From Lachnospiraceae bacterium (GTDB lineage Bacteria > Bacillota > Clostridia > Lachnospirales > Lachnospiraceae), in the NCBI GenBank assembly GCA_022510685.1, contig JAFLTA010000008.1, forward strand, positions 13,786-77,785: a stretch of DNA of 64,000 nucleotides. Direction: 5' to 3'. Shown one piece after another: positions 19,530 to 29,474 of this stretch; positions within the stretch are counted from its first letter, which is position 1, and each line of letters starts with the position of its first letter. The position numbers were made by a program, and so were the translations under genes. A model generated the notes under the pieces. That model worked only from the letters and a program-made list of their open reading frames with translations, made no database searches and had not been told where the DNA came from.

Positions 19530-19796
19530 TCAGTCTTCTGCCTCCGGTGTTGTATCAGAAAACTCAATAAAGTCATCCTCGAAATTATCATTGAAATCCT
19601 CTGAATCAAAATCTTCAAGATAATCCGGCTCGAGGTAACGGAATACAAGATAAGCAATCACAGCGACAGCAGCAATTGCACCGATGATTGCAAGAGCAAT
19701 CACAATCCCGTTTTTGTTCTTTTCTTCAATCTCTTTTCTATGAAGAAGCTCGTTAATCTTTGCAGCATTCATCAATTCTTCAATTTTATTTGACAT
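19530..19796 (-). CDS. Small single-TM protein with acidic tail
   Basis: One hydrophobic helix followed by PDYLEDFD and a D/E-rich tail; AAGGAAG RBS. Confidence 0.75.
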   Translation of the reverse strand: MSNKIEELMNAAKINELLHRKEIEEKNKNGIVIALAIIGAIAAVAVIAYLVFRYLEPDYLEDFDSEDFNDNFEDDFIEFSDTTPEAED

Positions 19797-19854
19797 ATCG
19801 CCACTTCCTTTCGTCTTTTATTATGGTTAGTATATCATAAATTATGTGGAATAT

Positions 19855-22206
19855 CTATATCTTTTTTAGTTTTGCAAAGGACGCCATCATTTTTCTGGTG
19901 GTTCCGCTGTCGAAGTCTACCGTAACCTCATAATCACCTGATTTGTCATGGATTGCGGTTACGATGCCTTCTCCGAATTTTTTATGTTGAATGCGGTCTC
20001 CTTCACTGTAAGTTAATTTTCCCATAGGCTCCTCACTTTTAGATGTGGCTCCGAACCCTTTGTGAATCAGCGGGTTTCCTGCAAAAAAATCTGCTCCGGA
20101 ACTGCGTCTCGCCGCCTGCTTCACTTTTTTTTCTGCCATGGGATTCCATGTGGAGGAAGCATCCGTGTGTACCCGTGGAAAGTCACTTGCACGCATTGTA
20201 CGGTATGTATCGCGTCCGGCGGAGGAAAAACCGTCGTCGGAGAGGCTGGCATTCTGTTTAAGCAGATATCGTGGAATTTCGTTGATAAAGGAAGAAGGGC
20301 GGTTGTACTGCTGTTCTCCATTGCGGAAACGACTGCGTGCGCAGCTTAAAGACAGTTTTTTCTTGGCACGTGTAATTCCCACATAGCAGAGGCGTCGTTC
20401 CTCCTCCATTTCATCGGGGTCATCTCCCATGACAGCACCGTAGCCGGGAAAGATTCCGTCTTCCATTCCCACCAGATAGACATAAGGAAATTCCAATCCC
20501 TTGGCACTGTGCAGAGTCATCAGGAGCACCATATTCGTATCGCTGTCTACCGTGTCAATGTCTGCCACCAGTGCAACATCTTCCAGAAATCCGCTGAGAG
20601 TAGGTTCTTCTTCGCAGTTTTCCTCATAAGATACGACTTTATTGATCAGTTCTTCAATATTTTCGATTCGTCCGTTTGCCTCGTCGGTGCCTTCTTCCTC
20701 CAGTTGTCGTACATAACCGGTTTCTTCGATGATTTCCCGGATTAAATCTTCCAGAGAATACCCTGGCGAGTCTAAATGTCTCTTAAAAGATTCAATCAGA
20801 CTGACAAATCCGCCTAATTTGGCGGCACTGCGTTTTAGTCCGTCTATGTATTCGTAATTTTGCAGGGCACCGTAAAAGCTGGTCTCGTGCTCTATGGCAT
20901 AGGCGGCAACCCGGTCAATGGTAGTCAGACCGATACCGCGCTTTGGCACATTGATAATACGCTTCACGGAAATATCATCCAGACCGTTTTCCACGGTGCG
21001 CAGGTAGGCAAGTAGGTCCTTGATTTCCCGACGCTGGTAGAAGTTTACTGCACCTACGATACGGTAAGGGATATTACCGGTGACCAGTTTTTCCTCAAAC
21101 ACGCGGGACTGTGCGTTGGTGCGGTAGAGAATGGCAAAATCCTGATAGGTGGCTTCCCCGGTCTCTGTCGCATAAGCAATGGCTTTTGCGATGCTGTCTG
21201 CCTCCTCATATTCGTTGTCAAACTGAGAATAGTAGATGGCATCTCCCTTTTCATTTTCTGTCCACAATGCCTTGTCTTTGCGCATGGAATTGTGGCTGAT
21301 GACTGCATTGGCGGCATCCAGGATATTTTGGGTGCTGCGGTAGTTTTCCTCCAGTTTGATTACGGTGGCATCCGGGTATTCCTGCTCAAAGTTCAGGATA
21401 TTGTAAATGTTTGCTCCGCGAAATTTATAGATGGACTGGTCGTCATCACCTACCACGCAAAGGTTGTGCTCCGGTTTACCGTCCTCACCCCGGGAGTTTG
21501 CCAATAGCCGTATTAGCTCAAACTGGGCGGTATTGGTATCCTGATACTCGTCCACCAGAATATAGCGGAAACGGTTTTGATAGTAGTCTAAGACATCCGG
21601 ATTTTCCCGGAACAGTTCTATGGTTTTGCAGATTAAATCATCAAAGTCCAGCGCATTGGAATCCCGGAGACGTTTTTCGTATTCCCGGTAAGCTCTGGCG
21701 TATATTTCTTTCATATAATCTCCACTGGCGCGGAGTTCATATTGCTCCGGGCTGATTAGCTCATCCTTGGCAGAAGAAATTGCACCAAGAACACTGCGCT
21801 CCTTGAATTTCTTAGGGTCTAGCTGTAAGTATTTCAGGATGTCACGCATTAAGGTTTTCTGGTCATCACTGTCGTAAATCGTAAAACTGCGGGAGTAGCC
21901 GAGGGCTTCAATATGCCGCCGCAAAATCCGCACACAGGCAGAGTGAAATGTGCTGACCTGAATATATTCGGCACCGGAGGAAACAATGTGGTCCACTCTT
22001 TCCCGCATTTCCCCTGCCGCTTTGTTTGTAAAGGTAATAGCCAGAATATTCCAGGGGTTGACGCCGTATTCTTCAATCAAATAGGCAATACGGTGGGTGA
22101 GTACCCGGGTTTTGCCGGAACCGGCACCTGCCAGAATGAGCAGTGGACCCTGAAAATGTTTCACCGCTTTTTCCTGCTGGGGATTTAATCCTTCTAACAC
22201 ATTCAT
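19855..22206 (-). CDS. pcrA: ATP-dependent DNA helicase PcrA/UvrD
   Basis: AGAGSGKT, DEYQDTN, VGDDDQSIY, TLHSAKGLEF, YVGITRA. Confidence 0.96.
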   Translation of the reverse strand: MNVLEGLNPQQEKAVKHFQGPLLILAGAGSGKTRVLTHRIAYLIEEYGVNPWNILAITFTNKAAGEMRERVDHIVSSGAEYIQVSTFHSACVRILRRHIEALGYSRSFTIYDSDDQKTLMRDILKYLQLDPKKFKERSVLGAISSAKDELISPEQYELRASGDYMKEIYARAYREYEKRLRDSNALDFDDLICKTIELFRENPDVLDYYQNRFRYILVDEYQDTNTAQFELIRLLANSRGEDGKPEHNLCVVGDDDQSIYKFRGANIYNILNFEQEYPDATVIKLEENYRSTQNILDAANAVISHNSMRKDKALWTENEKGDAIYYSQFDNEYEEADSIAKAIAYATETGEATYQDFAILYRTNAQSRVFEEKLVTGNIPYRIVGAVNFYQRREIKDLLAYLRTVENGLDDISVKRIINVPKRGIGLTTIDRVAAYAIEHETSFYGALQNYEYIDGLKRSAAKLGGFVSLIESFKRHLDSPGYSLEDLIREIIEETGYVRQLEEEGTDEANGRIENIEELINKVVSYEENCEEEPTLSGFLEDVALVADIDTVDSDTNMVLLMTLHSAKGLEFPYVYLVGMEDGIFPGYGAVMGDDPDEMEEERRLCYVGITRAKKKLSLSCARSRFRNGEQQYNRPSSFINEIPRYLLKQNASLSDDGFSSAGRDTYRTMRASDFPRVHTDASSTWNPMAEKKVKQAARRSSGADFFAGNPLIHKGFGATSKSEEPMGKLTYSEGDRIQHKKFGEGIVTAIHDKSGDYEVTVDFDSGTTRKMMASFAKLKKI

Positions 22207-22223
22207 GGTAAAATCCTTTCTCT

Positions 22224-23087
22224 TTAGAATCTCACACCGTCACGATACTCTTTGGCGGCTGTAAAAAAGTCCATCAGTCCCTCCTCGTCCGCCTGGGCAA
22301 TCTGCTCCTTGGCGGCTGTGAGAATTTCAATATATTTATCTAAAAATTCGCAGATTCGTTCTGGATTGGTGAGACAGATGTTTTGCCACATTTCCGGGGA
22401 AGATGAGGATATCCGGGTTATTCCGTGAAATCCACCTGCTGCCAGGGCAGCGTATGTTCCTTCCTTGTCTAAAGCAGCCACTGTATTCACCAGAGCCGCA
22501 GAAATCACATGGGGACCGTGGCTGATTCCGGCAACAACTGCGTCATGTATATTGGCGTCCAGCACCATGCAGTGGGAACCGATATCGTGCACGAATGATT
22601 TAAGCCATTCCGTATATTCCGGGCGGCTTTCCTTAAAAGGTGTCAAAACATAATACTTGTCCCGGAAAAAGGAAGACTCTGAATGCTCATAGCCTGTCTT
22701 TTCCGAGCCTGTCATGGGATGTCCGCCTACAAATTGCTCACATAAGCCGTGTTCCCTCACCGCAGCCAGAATATCACTTTTGACACTGCCCACATCTGTC
22801 AGCAGACAGTCCTTGGACAGGTAAGGTTTCAATTTATCTAAATAAGCAATATTTTTAATAACCGGAGCACAGAGGAAAATGCAGTCCCGGTCGGAAAAAT
22901 CTGATAAGTCCGTAGTTATTCTGTCCAAAATACCATCCATCTTTGCCAGTTCCAGTCTGGGGTGTGGTTTTGATATAAAATAATTATAGGCAAGCAGTTC
23001 GGAATCCGGATATTGTTCCCTCAAAGCATGGGCAACAGAGCCACCGATTAATCCGAAACCGATAAAGCCAAAGCGTCTCATTTCCAT
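22224..23087 (-). CDS. tyrA: Prephenate dehydrogenase (no ACT domain)
   Basis: GFGLIGGS, DVGSVK, GGHPMTGSE, TRISSSSPEMW. Confidence 0.92.
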   Translation of the reverse strand: MEMRRFGFIGFGLIGGSVAHALREQYPDSELLAYNYFISKPHPRLELAKMDGILDRITTDLSDFSDRDCIFLCAPVIKNIAYLDKLKPYLSKDCLLTDVGSVKSDILAAVREHGLCEQFVGGHPMTGSEKTGYEHSESSFFRDKYYVLTPFKESRPEYTEWLKSFVHDIGSHCMVLDANIHDAVVAGISHGPHVISAALVNTVAALDKEGTYAALAAGGFHGITRISSSSPEMWQNICLTNPERICEFLDKYIEILTAAKEQIAQADEEGLMDFFTAAKEYRDGVRF

Positions 23088-23128
23088 GGTTTCCTCCGTT
23101 CCGAAATATGTAAAAAAGAATCAAAGAT

Positions 23129-23187
23129 ATTTTAAACGACTGTCCATAAGGTGTCAACTTGAATTATTATGCAATACGCAGTATAAT
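23129..23187. promoter_or_regulatory. Back-to-back divergent sigma-A promoters (tyrA and PBP)
   Basis: Minus strand TTGACA-N17-TAAAAT (23157 to 23129); plus strand TTGAAT-N17-TATAAT (23159-23187). Confidence 0.65.
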
Positions 23188-23381
23188 ACATGATAGGGTA
23201 CTAGCGTCAAAAAGATATAAGCAGGTGTTTGTCAAAAGGTGCGATGAAGCGTAATAGGAGTGGTTTGGTTGCTGATAGCAATGACCTTTTGGTCAGGAGG
23301 TAGTGTGAAAATGAATTTTTCACACGGCAACTTTGTGCCTACGGTCCAAAGTTTGCAGGTTATGGAAAGGCATGGTATTTT

Positions 23382-26165
23382 ATGGATACTATTAAAAGAT
23401 GTATAGGAGGAGTGGGAGATGTATTCCGCATTATCATTGCGACTCTGATGAGTTATCTCGGAATCGTTTCCAATATTGTAGGGACCATCATTGGTATTTT
23501 TGCCTCGGTTCTGATTGTGGGATGTATCGTGGGAATCTGTCTCTACATTAAAGTCCTTCCTGTATTTACGGAAGCGAGAGAAACCGTGTTTGACAAACTG
23601 GTCAGCATGAGCGAGGATGATTTTGTCATGAAGGAAGACACGGTGGTATTTGATAAAAACGGAGAGCAGGTGGGTAAAGTCAATGCCGGACGTTTCAAAT
23701 ACATGGAGATTAAGGAAGTCTCACCGTATCTGTATAACGGATATATTGCTGTGGAGGATAAGCGTTTCAAAACCCACACGGGAGTGGATGTATTGGCAAC
23801 GATGCGTGCCGGAGTCGCTCTTGCAAAAAATAAGGGTGATATCAAACAGGGTGGAAGTACCATTACACAGCAGGTCATCAAAAACAATCTATTGACCCAG
23901 GAAAAAAGTTATACCCGTAAAATTGCGGAGATTATGTTGGCACCTTCTGTCGAAGAAAAATTCAGCAAAGATAAAATCATGGAATTCTATTGTAACAGTA
24001 ATTATTACGGCAACCGCTGTTACGGTGTGGGAGCTGCCAGTGAATATTATTTTAATAAAAAGGCAGCGGATTTAGAGCCTCATGAAGCCGCCCTGCTCAT
24101 TGCGCTGTCTAATAATCCGTCTGCATATGACCCGGTGAATAAACCGGATGCGGCATTGGTGAAGCGCAACGAGATTCTGGACAAAATGTATAACGAGGGT
24201 GTCATTACCCAAAAAGAATATAACAGTGCCAAGAAAAAGAAAGTCAAGGCATTGCAGATTGCCCATGACGGCGCTAATGAGAGTTATGTAGTAAGCTATG
24301 CGGTTCATTGTGCTGCTCTGTCCCTGATGGAGAAAGAAGAATTTAAGTTTCAGTATACGTTCAAGAATAAAGAGGATTATGAAGACTATAAAGAGAAGTA
24401 CAGCAATGCTTACAGTAAGAAGTCTAATGATATCCGTGATGGAGGATATAAGCTGTATACTTCCATCGACATGAGTAAACAGAAAAAATTACAAAAGGCG
24501 GTAGATAACGGACTGGCATTTAGCAAAGAGAAAAATTCGGATAAGACGAAGTATGCGCTACAGGGTGCTGCGGTATGTGTAGACAATCATACCAACTACG
24601 TTGTAGCGATTGTAGGGGGAAGAGGTACAAAAGACTCTTACAATCGGGCATATTTGTCTGCCAGACAGTCAGGAAGCTCTATCAAGCCGTTAATTGACTA
24701 TACACCGGGATTTGAGACAGGCGCTTTTTCGCCATCCACGGTGGTAAAAGATCAGAAAATCGAGAACGGACCGAAAAACTCCGGTGGCGGCTATAGGGGA
24801 AATGTGCATATCAGAGAGGCGGTGGCACGTTCTATCAACACAGTAGCGTGGCAGGTGTTGGATACCATCACACCGGAATACGGACTGTCGTTCTTAGATA
24901 AACTCCATTTCCATAATCTCAGCTATGTGGACAATGATAACCTTTCCCTCTCGTTGGGAGGATTTACGGAGGGTGTCCGTGTGGTAGATATGGCGAAGGG
25001 CTATTCTGCTTTGGCGAATAACGGCAGCTACAGTGAGCGCACATGTATTCAGAAAATCGAACATGTATCAGAGGGAACCGTTTACAACAGTAACGACGAT
25101 ACAACGCAGGTATTTACTGAGGATGCGGCTTGGATGATGACAGACGTGTTAAAAGGAGTCATGAATGAGTCATACGGAACAGGGCACTCTCTGAAGCTGG
25201 ATAATAAGCAGATTGCAGCAGGCAAGACGGGAACTGCTAATTCCAGCAAAGATGTATGGTTTTGCGGATATACAAAATACTATACAACAGTAGTGTGGGC
25301 AGGTTACGATACTCCCCGGGCAATGCCGGGAGTGACAGGTGCATCTCTGCCGGGAGTGATATGGAAAAACTTTATGAATCAAATCCACAAAAATAAAGAG
25401 CCGGAAGATTTTGAACCACCGTCCGGAATCATTCTGGCAAAGTATGACAGCAAGGGAAATCTGATTAAGGGAACAGAAAGTGATTCCGATTTGAAAAGAA
25501 CTTTCGGTAAAGATTTCTTTTCCAAAAACATACTGAAATCAAAGACAAAATATGAATCGAATCTGATAGACGATAATTATGAGAAAAAAGTGCTCCGCAA
25601 GCTGGAGGCGTTTGAAAAACTCTCAATTACCAGTATAGCTGATTACTATACTTTGAAATCCAGCTATCAGGAGCTGCGGGATTTGATTTCTGCGATTGAG
25701 GATGATGAAGTCCGTAAAACATACGCAACCCGTGCCAAGGATAAGTATGATTCCCTCTATGATGATACCGTGGAGTGGGAAAAAGTTGTGGAGGAATATG
25801 AGCAGCAGAGACGGGAAGCAAACGAAGAACTGGCAAGGGAGAAAAAGGCAGCCTCCAGGGAAGCCAGAAAGCAGCAGCAGAAGAAGACGAGAATAGCACG
25901 TGCAAACACCAGATTAAAAGCGTTGCGAGGATACGATTATCAGCCGGAAAATATGTCTACTCTGCTGAAAAAAGCCAAGGAAGCTGTGGATGCTTGTAAA
26001 GAGTACAGTGAATACGCAAGCCTGAATAGTAAGTATGAATCTTACAGTGCCGCTTTGTATAAGCTGCCGACAAAGGCGGAGTATGATGCGCGAAAAAATG
26101 GCTCATCAGCAGTCGTGCCAGCACAGACAAAAAATCCGATGGTGACATACGCACCGAATAACTGA
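23382..26165 (+). CDS. Class A penicillin-binding protein (PBP1A family) with long helical C-terminal extension
   Basis: Transglycosylase EDKRF, GGSTITQQ, RKIAE; transpeptidase SSIK, SIN, KTG. Confidence 0.93.
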   Translation: MDTIKRCIGGVGDVFRIIIATLMSYLGIVSNIVGTIIGIFASVLIVGCIVGICLYIKVLPVFTEARETVFDKLVSMSEDDFVMKEDTVVFDKNGEQVGKVNAGRFKYMEIKEVSPYLYNGYIAVEDKRFKTHTGVDVLATMRAGVALAKNKGDIKQGGSTITQQVIKNNLLTQEKSYTRKIAEIMLAPSVEEKFSKDKIMEFYCNSNYYGNRCYGVGAASEYYFNKKAADLEPHEAALLIALSNNPSAYDPVNKPDAALVKRNEILDKMYNEGVITQKEYNSAKKKKVKALQIAHDGANESYVVSYAVHCAALSLMEKEEFKFQYTFKNKEDYEDYKEKYSNAYSKKSNDIRDGGYKLYTSIDMSKQKKLQKAVDNGLAFSKEKNSDKTKYALQGAAVCVDNHTNYVVAIVGGRGTKDSYNRAYLSARQSGSSIKPLIDYTPGFETGAFSPSTVVKDQKIENGPKNSGGGYRGNVHIREAVARSINTVAWQVLDTITPEYGLSFLDKLHFHNLSYVDNDNLSLSLGGFTEGVRVVDMAKGYSALANNGSYSERTCIQKIEHVSEGTVYNSNDDTTQVFTEDAAWMMTDVLKGVMNESYGTGHSLKLDNKQIAAGKTGTANSSKDVWFCGYTKYYTTVVWAGYDTPRAMPGVTGASLPGVIWKNFMNQIHKNKEPEDFEPPSGIILAKYDSKGNLIKGTESDSDLKRTFGKDFFSKNILKSKTKYESNLIDDNYEKKVLRKLEAFEKLSITSIADYYTLKSSYQELRDLISAIEDDEVRKTYATRAKDKYDSLYDDTVEWEKVVEEYEQQRREANEELAREKKAASREARKQQQKKTRIARANTRLKALRGYDYQPENMSTLLKKAKEAVDACKEYSEYASLNSKYESYSAALYKLPTKAEYDARKNGSSAVVPAQTKNPMVTYAPNN

Positions 26166-26307
26166 ACAACGTAACAGTGCGATAGCGGTAAACATTCAGG
26201 AATGGTTTTGGCAGTGCTTTCATGGGAAGTAACTTTGCGGAGTAATCAGATGGTTGTAAAGAATGAAAAAGGGCTTTGGTTAGTCAGGGGAAGGAAAGAA
26301 GGATAGA

Positions 26308-26889
26308 ATGGCAGGAACGGATAGGAGACAGCAGGATGTACGGCGTGCGGTCGGGCAGTCAGCAGGGCGGCAGATGCGCACGCAGGATGCGCTCAGACAG
26401 ACAGCAGGCAGGCAGACGAGCACGCAGGAAATGGCAATAAAGCGGCAGGAAATGGCGCGTCAGGCAGCAGCGGAGGCGGCGAAGCTCAGGCAGACCACCG
26501 CCGCAAAAAGAAATTATACGGTACGCAGAACGGCTTCTGAAATGGCGTATGAAAGAGATATCAGGGAAAATGCGGCATGGCAAAAGGAAGTACAGGAAAG
26601 AGAGGCAAAGGAAGAAGAACTGTCGAAAAAGGGTTTGCGGCATTGGGGACATGTGGGACAATGGTTCAAAATGTTTTGCTGGATGCACATTCCGATTTTC
26701 GGATTCTGGTATATGGTGGTAACTGCTCTGAGAAAGAAAAATCCGGAGGAAAAGCGAACCTTTGCAAAAGCGTTCATCTTATACCGTGTGCTGGTTCTTT
26801 TGCTGGCATTGACGATACTTTATGTTTTTTACCGCATGGGATTGGGATTCATAGAACAGATTCTCGCCTATGTGGACTTGCATATTTGA
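26308..26889 (+). CDS. Hypothetical membrane protein with charged, repetitive N-terminus
   Basis: AAGGA RBS; Q/R/A-rich repeats followed by two TM helices (HIPIFGFW). Confidence 0.7.
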   Translation: MAGTDRRQQDVRRAVGQSAGRQMRTQDALRQTAGRQTSTQEMAIKRQEMARQAAAEAAKLRQTTAAKRNYTVRRTASEMAYERDIRENAAWQKEVQEREAKEEELSKKGLRHWGHVGQWFKMFCWMHIPIFGFWYMVVTALRKKNPEEKRTFAKAFILYRVLVLLLALTILYVFYRMGLGFIEQILAYVDLHI

Positions 26890-26968
26890 TTTGGCATGAT
26901 TTAAGTAAACCGGAATAGGAATAATAAATAACGAAATCCGTCCATGTGGCGGTGAAAAGGAGGTAAAA

Positions 26969-27349
26969 ATGAAAAAAAGAGTAAATGAAAACACGGGATA
27001 TTACAAGATGGGAAAAATCGAATTTAAATTTGCCACAATTATATGGGAAAATGAACCACTCAGGTCATCCGAGCTGGCGAGACTTGCTTTGGAACAGCTG
27101 GACTGGAAAAAGTCTACCAGTTATACGGTATTGAAAAAATTATCCGACAAGGGATATTTTCAAAATGACAAGGGGACAGTGACTTCCATAGTCAGCAGGG
27201 ATGAATATTACAGCATGCAGGTACAGGGTATATTGGATGAGGGATATGAAGGTTCCCTTCCGAAGTTTATTGCAGCATTTTCAAAAAGCAAAAGCTATAC
27301 GGATAAGGAAATCAATGAGTTGGTTGACTTGATAAAAGGGAAAAAATAA
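26969..27349 (+). CDS. BlaI/MecI/CopY family repressor
   Basis: IIWENEP...WKKSTSYTVLKKL...YEGSLPKFIAAF. Confidence 0.9.
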   Translation: MKKRVNENTGYYKMGKIEFKFATIIWENEPLRSSELARLALEQLDWKKSTSYTVLKKLSDKGYFQNDKGTVTSIVSRDEYYSMQVQGILDEGYEGSLPKFIAAFSKSKSYTDKEINELVDLIKGKK

Positions 27350-27433
27350 GCTGAGACGTCAGTATAAAAGGGAAAAATACGTTTAGACATCAGGATAAAA
27401 GGGTAACAGTAAGGTACTTGCTAGGGTAAAGGG
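27332..27433. repeat. Degenerate ~31-32 bp tandem repeat between the BlaI and M56 genes
   Basis: ATAAAAGGG at 27332, 27364 and 27395; TAAAGGG at 27427. Confidence 0.7.
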
Positions 27434-27443
27434 AGACATTTGA

Positions 27444-28448
27444 ATGACAGATATTTTTGTCCGAGTATTAGAATTGAGCTATTCCGGTACATTGACCATT
27501 GTAATAATATTGGTTTTTCGAAGACTGCTACAAAATGCGGAGAAAAGGTATTCGTATTATCTGTGGGCGATACCATGGATAAAGCTGGTGATACCCATAA
27601 CTAGTGTTGGTATTTGGAGTGTTTTGGATGAACAGCCGGCAGTGAATGCTTGTCTGACGGTATATCAGGATACGATTGGGCGAAACGGAAGAGGTGCCCG
27701 TGAATATGTGGAGAATATGGAAGTCCCGGTGCTGGAGACGCTGTGTATTGTTTGGGCGGTCGGGGTTCTCGTTTTGTTGGTACAAACAATTTCGAAATAT
27801 GTTGATACGCGGAAACGTTTGCAGGTAAGTCAAAAGGTTCGTGACTGTGATAATGTGTATTTGTCAGATGATATTAATGGCTCCTTTGTTTTCGGCATCC
27901 TCCATCCTAAAATATATTTGCCTTATGAGCTCAACCGGCAAAAGTATCCACACATCCTTCGGCATGAAGAAGTCCATTTCAAACGTAAGGATTATGTGAT
28001 TAAGTTACTGGCTTATGCTGTGGTGATACTGCACTGGTTTAATCCGATTGTCCGGTTTGGGTATTACTGTCTGACCGATGATATGGAAATGTCCTGCGAT
28101 GAAGAAGTGCTCCGCTTGATCGGGGAGGATGCCAGAGCGGACTACGCATCGACTCTGCTGAAGTTTTCGATGATAGAGAAGAAGGAAGATAAATCTGTGA
28201 TATCTTTCGGCGGAGACAGTACCAAGAAGCGTATTAAAAACATAATGAAGGTGAAACGTCACTCCAAACTCAGTAATTTCCTGGCATGCTGTGTCATTGT
28301 ACTGGCTGTGGTATTTTTGCTGCCACAGTTTGGGATGGGTGAAGCGGCAGGTGGCGGTAAGGGTAAGAATGGGGCTGTGGAAGCAACAGGACAAGGTGGT
28401 GCGGAAGCGTATACTGAACCTAAGGCTAGGTTTTCTTTTGATGATTAA
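27444..28448 (+). CDS. BlaR1-like M56 metallopeptidase lacking a penicillin-binding sensor domain
   Basis: HEEVH zinc motif, LHWFNP, EMSCDE, KKRIKNIM; short C-terminus. Confidence 0.9.
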   Translation: MTDIFVRVLELSYSGTLTIVIILVFRRLLQNAEKRYSYYLWAIPWIKLVIPITSVGIWSVLDEQPAVNACLTVYQDTIGRNGRGAREYVENMEVPVLETLCIVWAVGVLVLLVQTISKYVDTRKRLQVSQKVRDCDNVYLSDDINGSFVFGILHPKIYLPYELNRQKYPHILRHEEVHFKRKDYVIKLLAYAVVILHWFNPIVRFGYYCLTDDMEMSCDEEVLRLIGEDARADYASTLLKFSMIEKKEDKSVISFGGDSTKKRIKNIMKVKRHSKLSNFLACCVIVLAVVFLLPQFGMGEAAGGGKGKNGAVEATGQGGAEAYTEPKARFSFDD

Positions 28449-28506
28449 TATTATTGCTATGGAAAAGTGATGTACGGATGCCAATCCATTTTATTTGAAA
28501 ATCCTA

Positions 28507-28558
28507 TTGACATTTCATTCTATTAATGGTAGACTATGAATTGTCTACAAATAATAGA
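28507..28558 (+). promoter_or_regulatory. Sigma-A promoter overlapped by two palindromic operator-like sites
   Basis: TTGACA-N17-TAGACT; TCTA-N7-TAGA at 28519-28533 and 28544-28558. Confidence 0.6.
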
Positions 28559-28677
28559 GCGTTTGCCTGTTTACTATTCTATAAAAATTATATGGATAAC
28601 TTAGTTACATAGGTTAAGCGTTACGTTTCAGAATTATATTTGAAACTGAGATACAAGAGAGAAAATAGGAGGATACC

Positions 28678-29247
28678 ATGAGAAAATTACGTGTAATATG
28701 TTCCGCTGTGATGGTCAGCTTGCTGGCAAGTAGCCTGGTAGTGAATACAGTGAATGCTCGTGTACAAGCTGCAGTGAGCGTAGAGTCAGAGGATGATGGA
28801 GTTACTTATTACGAGGAAGAAGACGGAGTCACGGTGGCTGATTTATATAAAAATACAGTTGCCGGTGATGAGGAAATTTTGGAGATGGCTCCTTTCGTAG
28901 ACCCTAATGGCATTGCTACTTTAACTACATGGTATGACGATTATTATGGTGGTTTTACATTGAATTCAGGTAACACTATGGTTTTACGCTCTGAAATCAT
29001 ATATGAGAAACAGCATATAGTGAAGGTAAAGTTTAAGACCGACAAAATTTGTACGCTGACGGTGGGCTTGCGGACGGCAGGAACGAAAACTGTACTGGCG
29101 TCGAAAACAATTCCCTTTCCAAAAAATCAGTCGGTGACCACATCCTTTACATTACAGCCGGGAAAAATGGTTAATGCATTTATAATCAATGATACCGATT
29201 CCAGTATTAATTTTTCCGGTGTTAATGTTATATTCGTATGCGAATAG
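28678..29247 (+). CDS. Secreted hypothetical protein
   Basis: AGGAGG RBS; signal peptide, acidic linker, beta-rich C-terminal domain. Confidence 0.8.
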   Translation: MRKLRVICSAVMVSLLASSLVVNTVNARVQAAVSVESEDDGVTYYEEEDGVTVADLYKNTVAGDEEILEMAPFVDPNGIATLTTWYDDYYGGFTLNSGNTMVLRSEIIYEKQHIVKVKFKTDKICTLTVGLRTAGTKTVLASKTIPFPKNQSVTTSFTLQPGKMVNAFIINDTDSSINFSGVNVIFVCE

Positions 29248-29331
29248 TAAAATCACAGATAGCAGCAGACAGAAGATAAAGTTAATTAAGATACTGTCAT
29301 AGTATTTTTGAGAGATGCTGTATAGTATAAA

Positions 29332-29381
29332 GAAAAGGGCGTAATGCCGGAATTTGATTCCGCCGGTATTGCGCTCTTTTC
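29332..29381 (+). terminator. Terminator-like hairpin
   Basis: GAAAAGGGCGTAATGCCGG...CCGGTATTGCGCTCTTTTC. Confidence 0.7.
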
Positions 29382-29474
29382 GTAATGTAGTCCCGGTCGT
29401 CAAGTTGACATAGAGGTTTATTGGTGATAGAATTATCAGAGACTAGTATAGCGAATAATAAAGGGGGGTTACTG

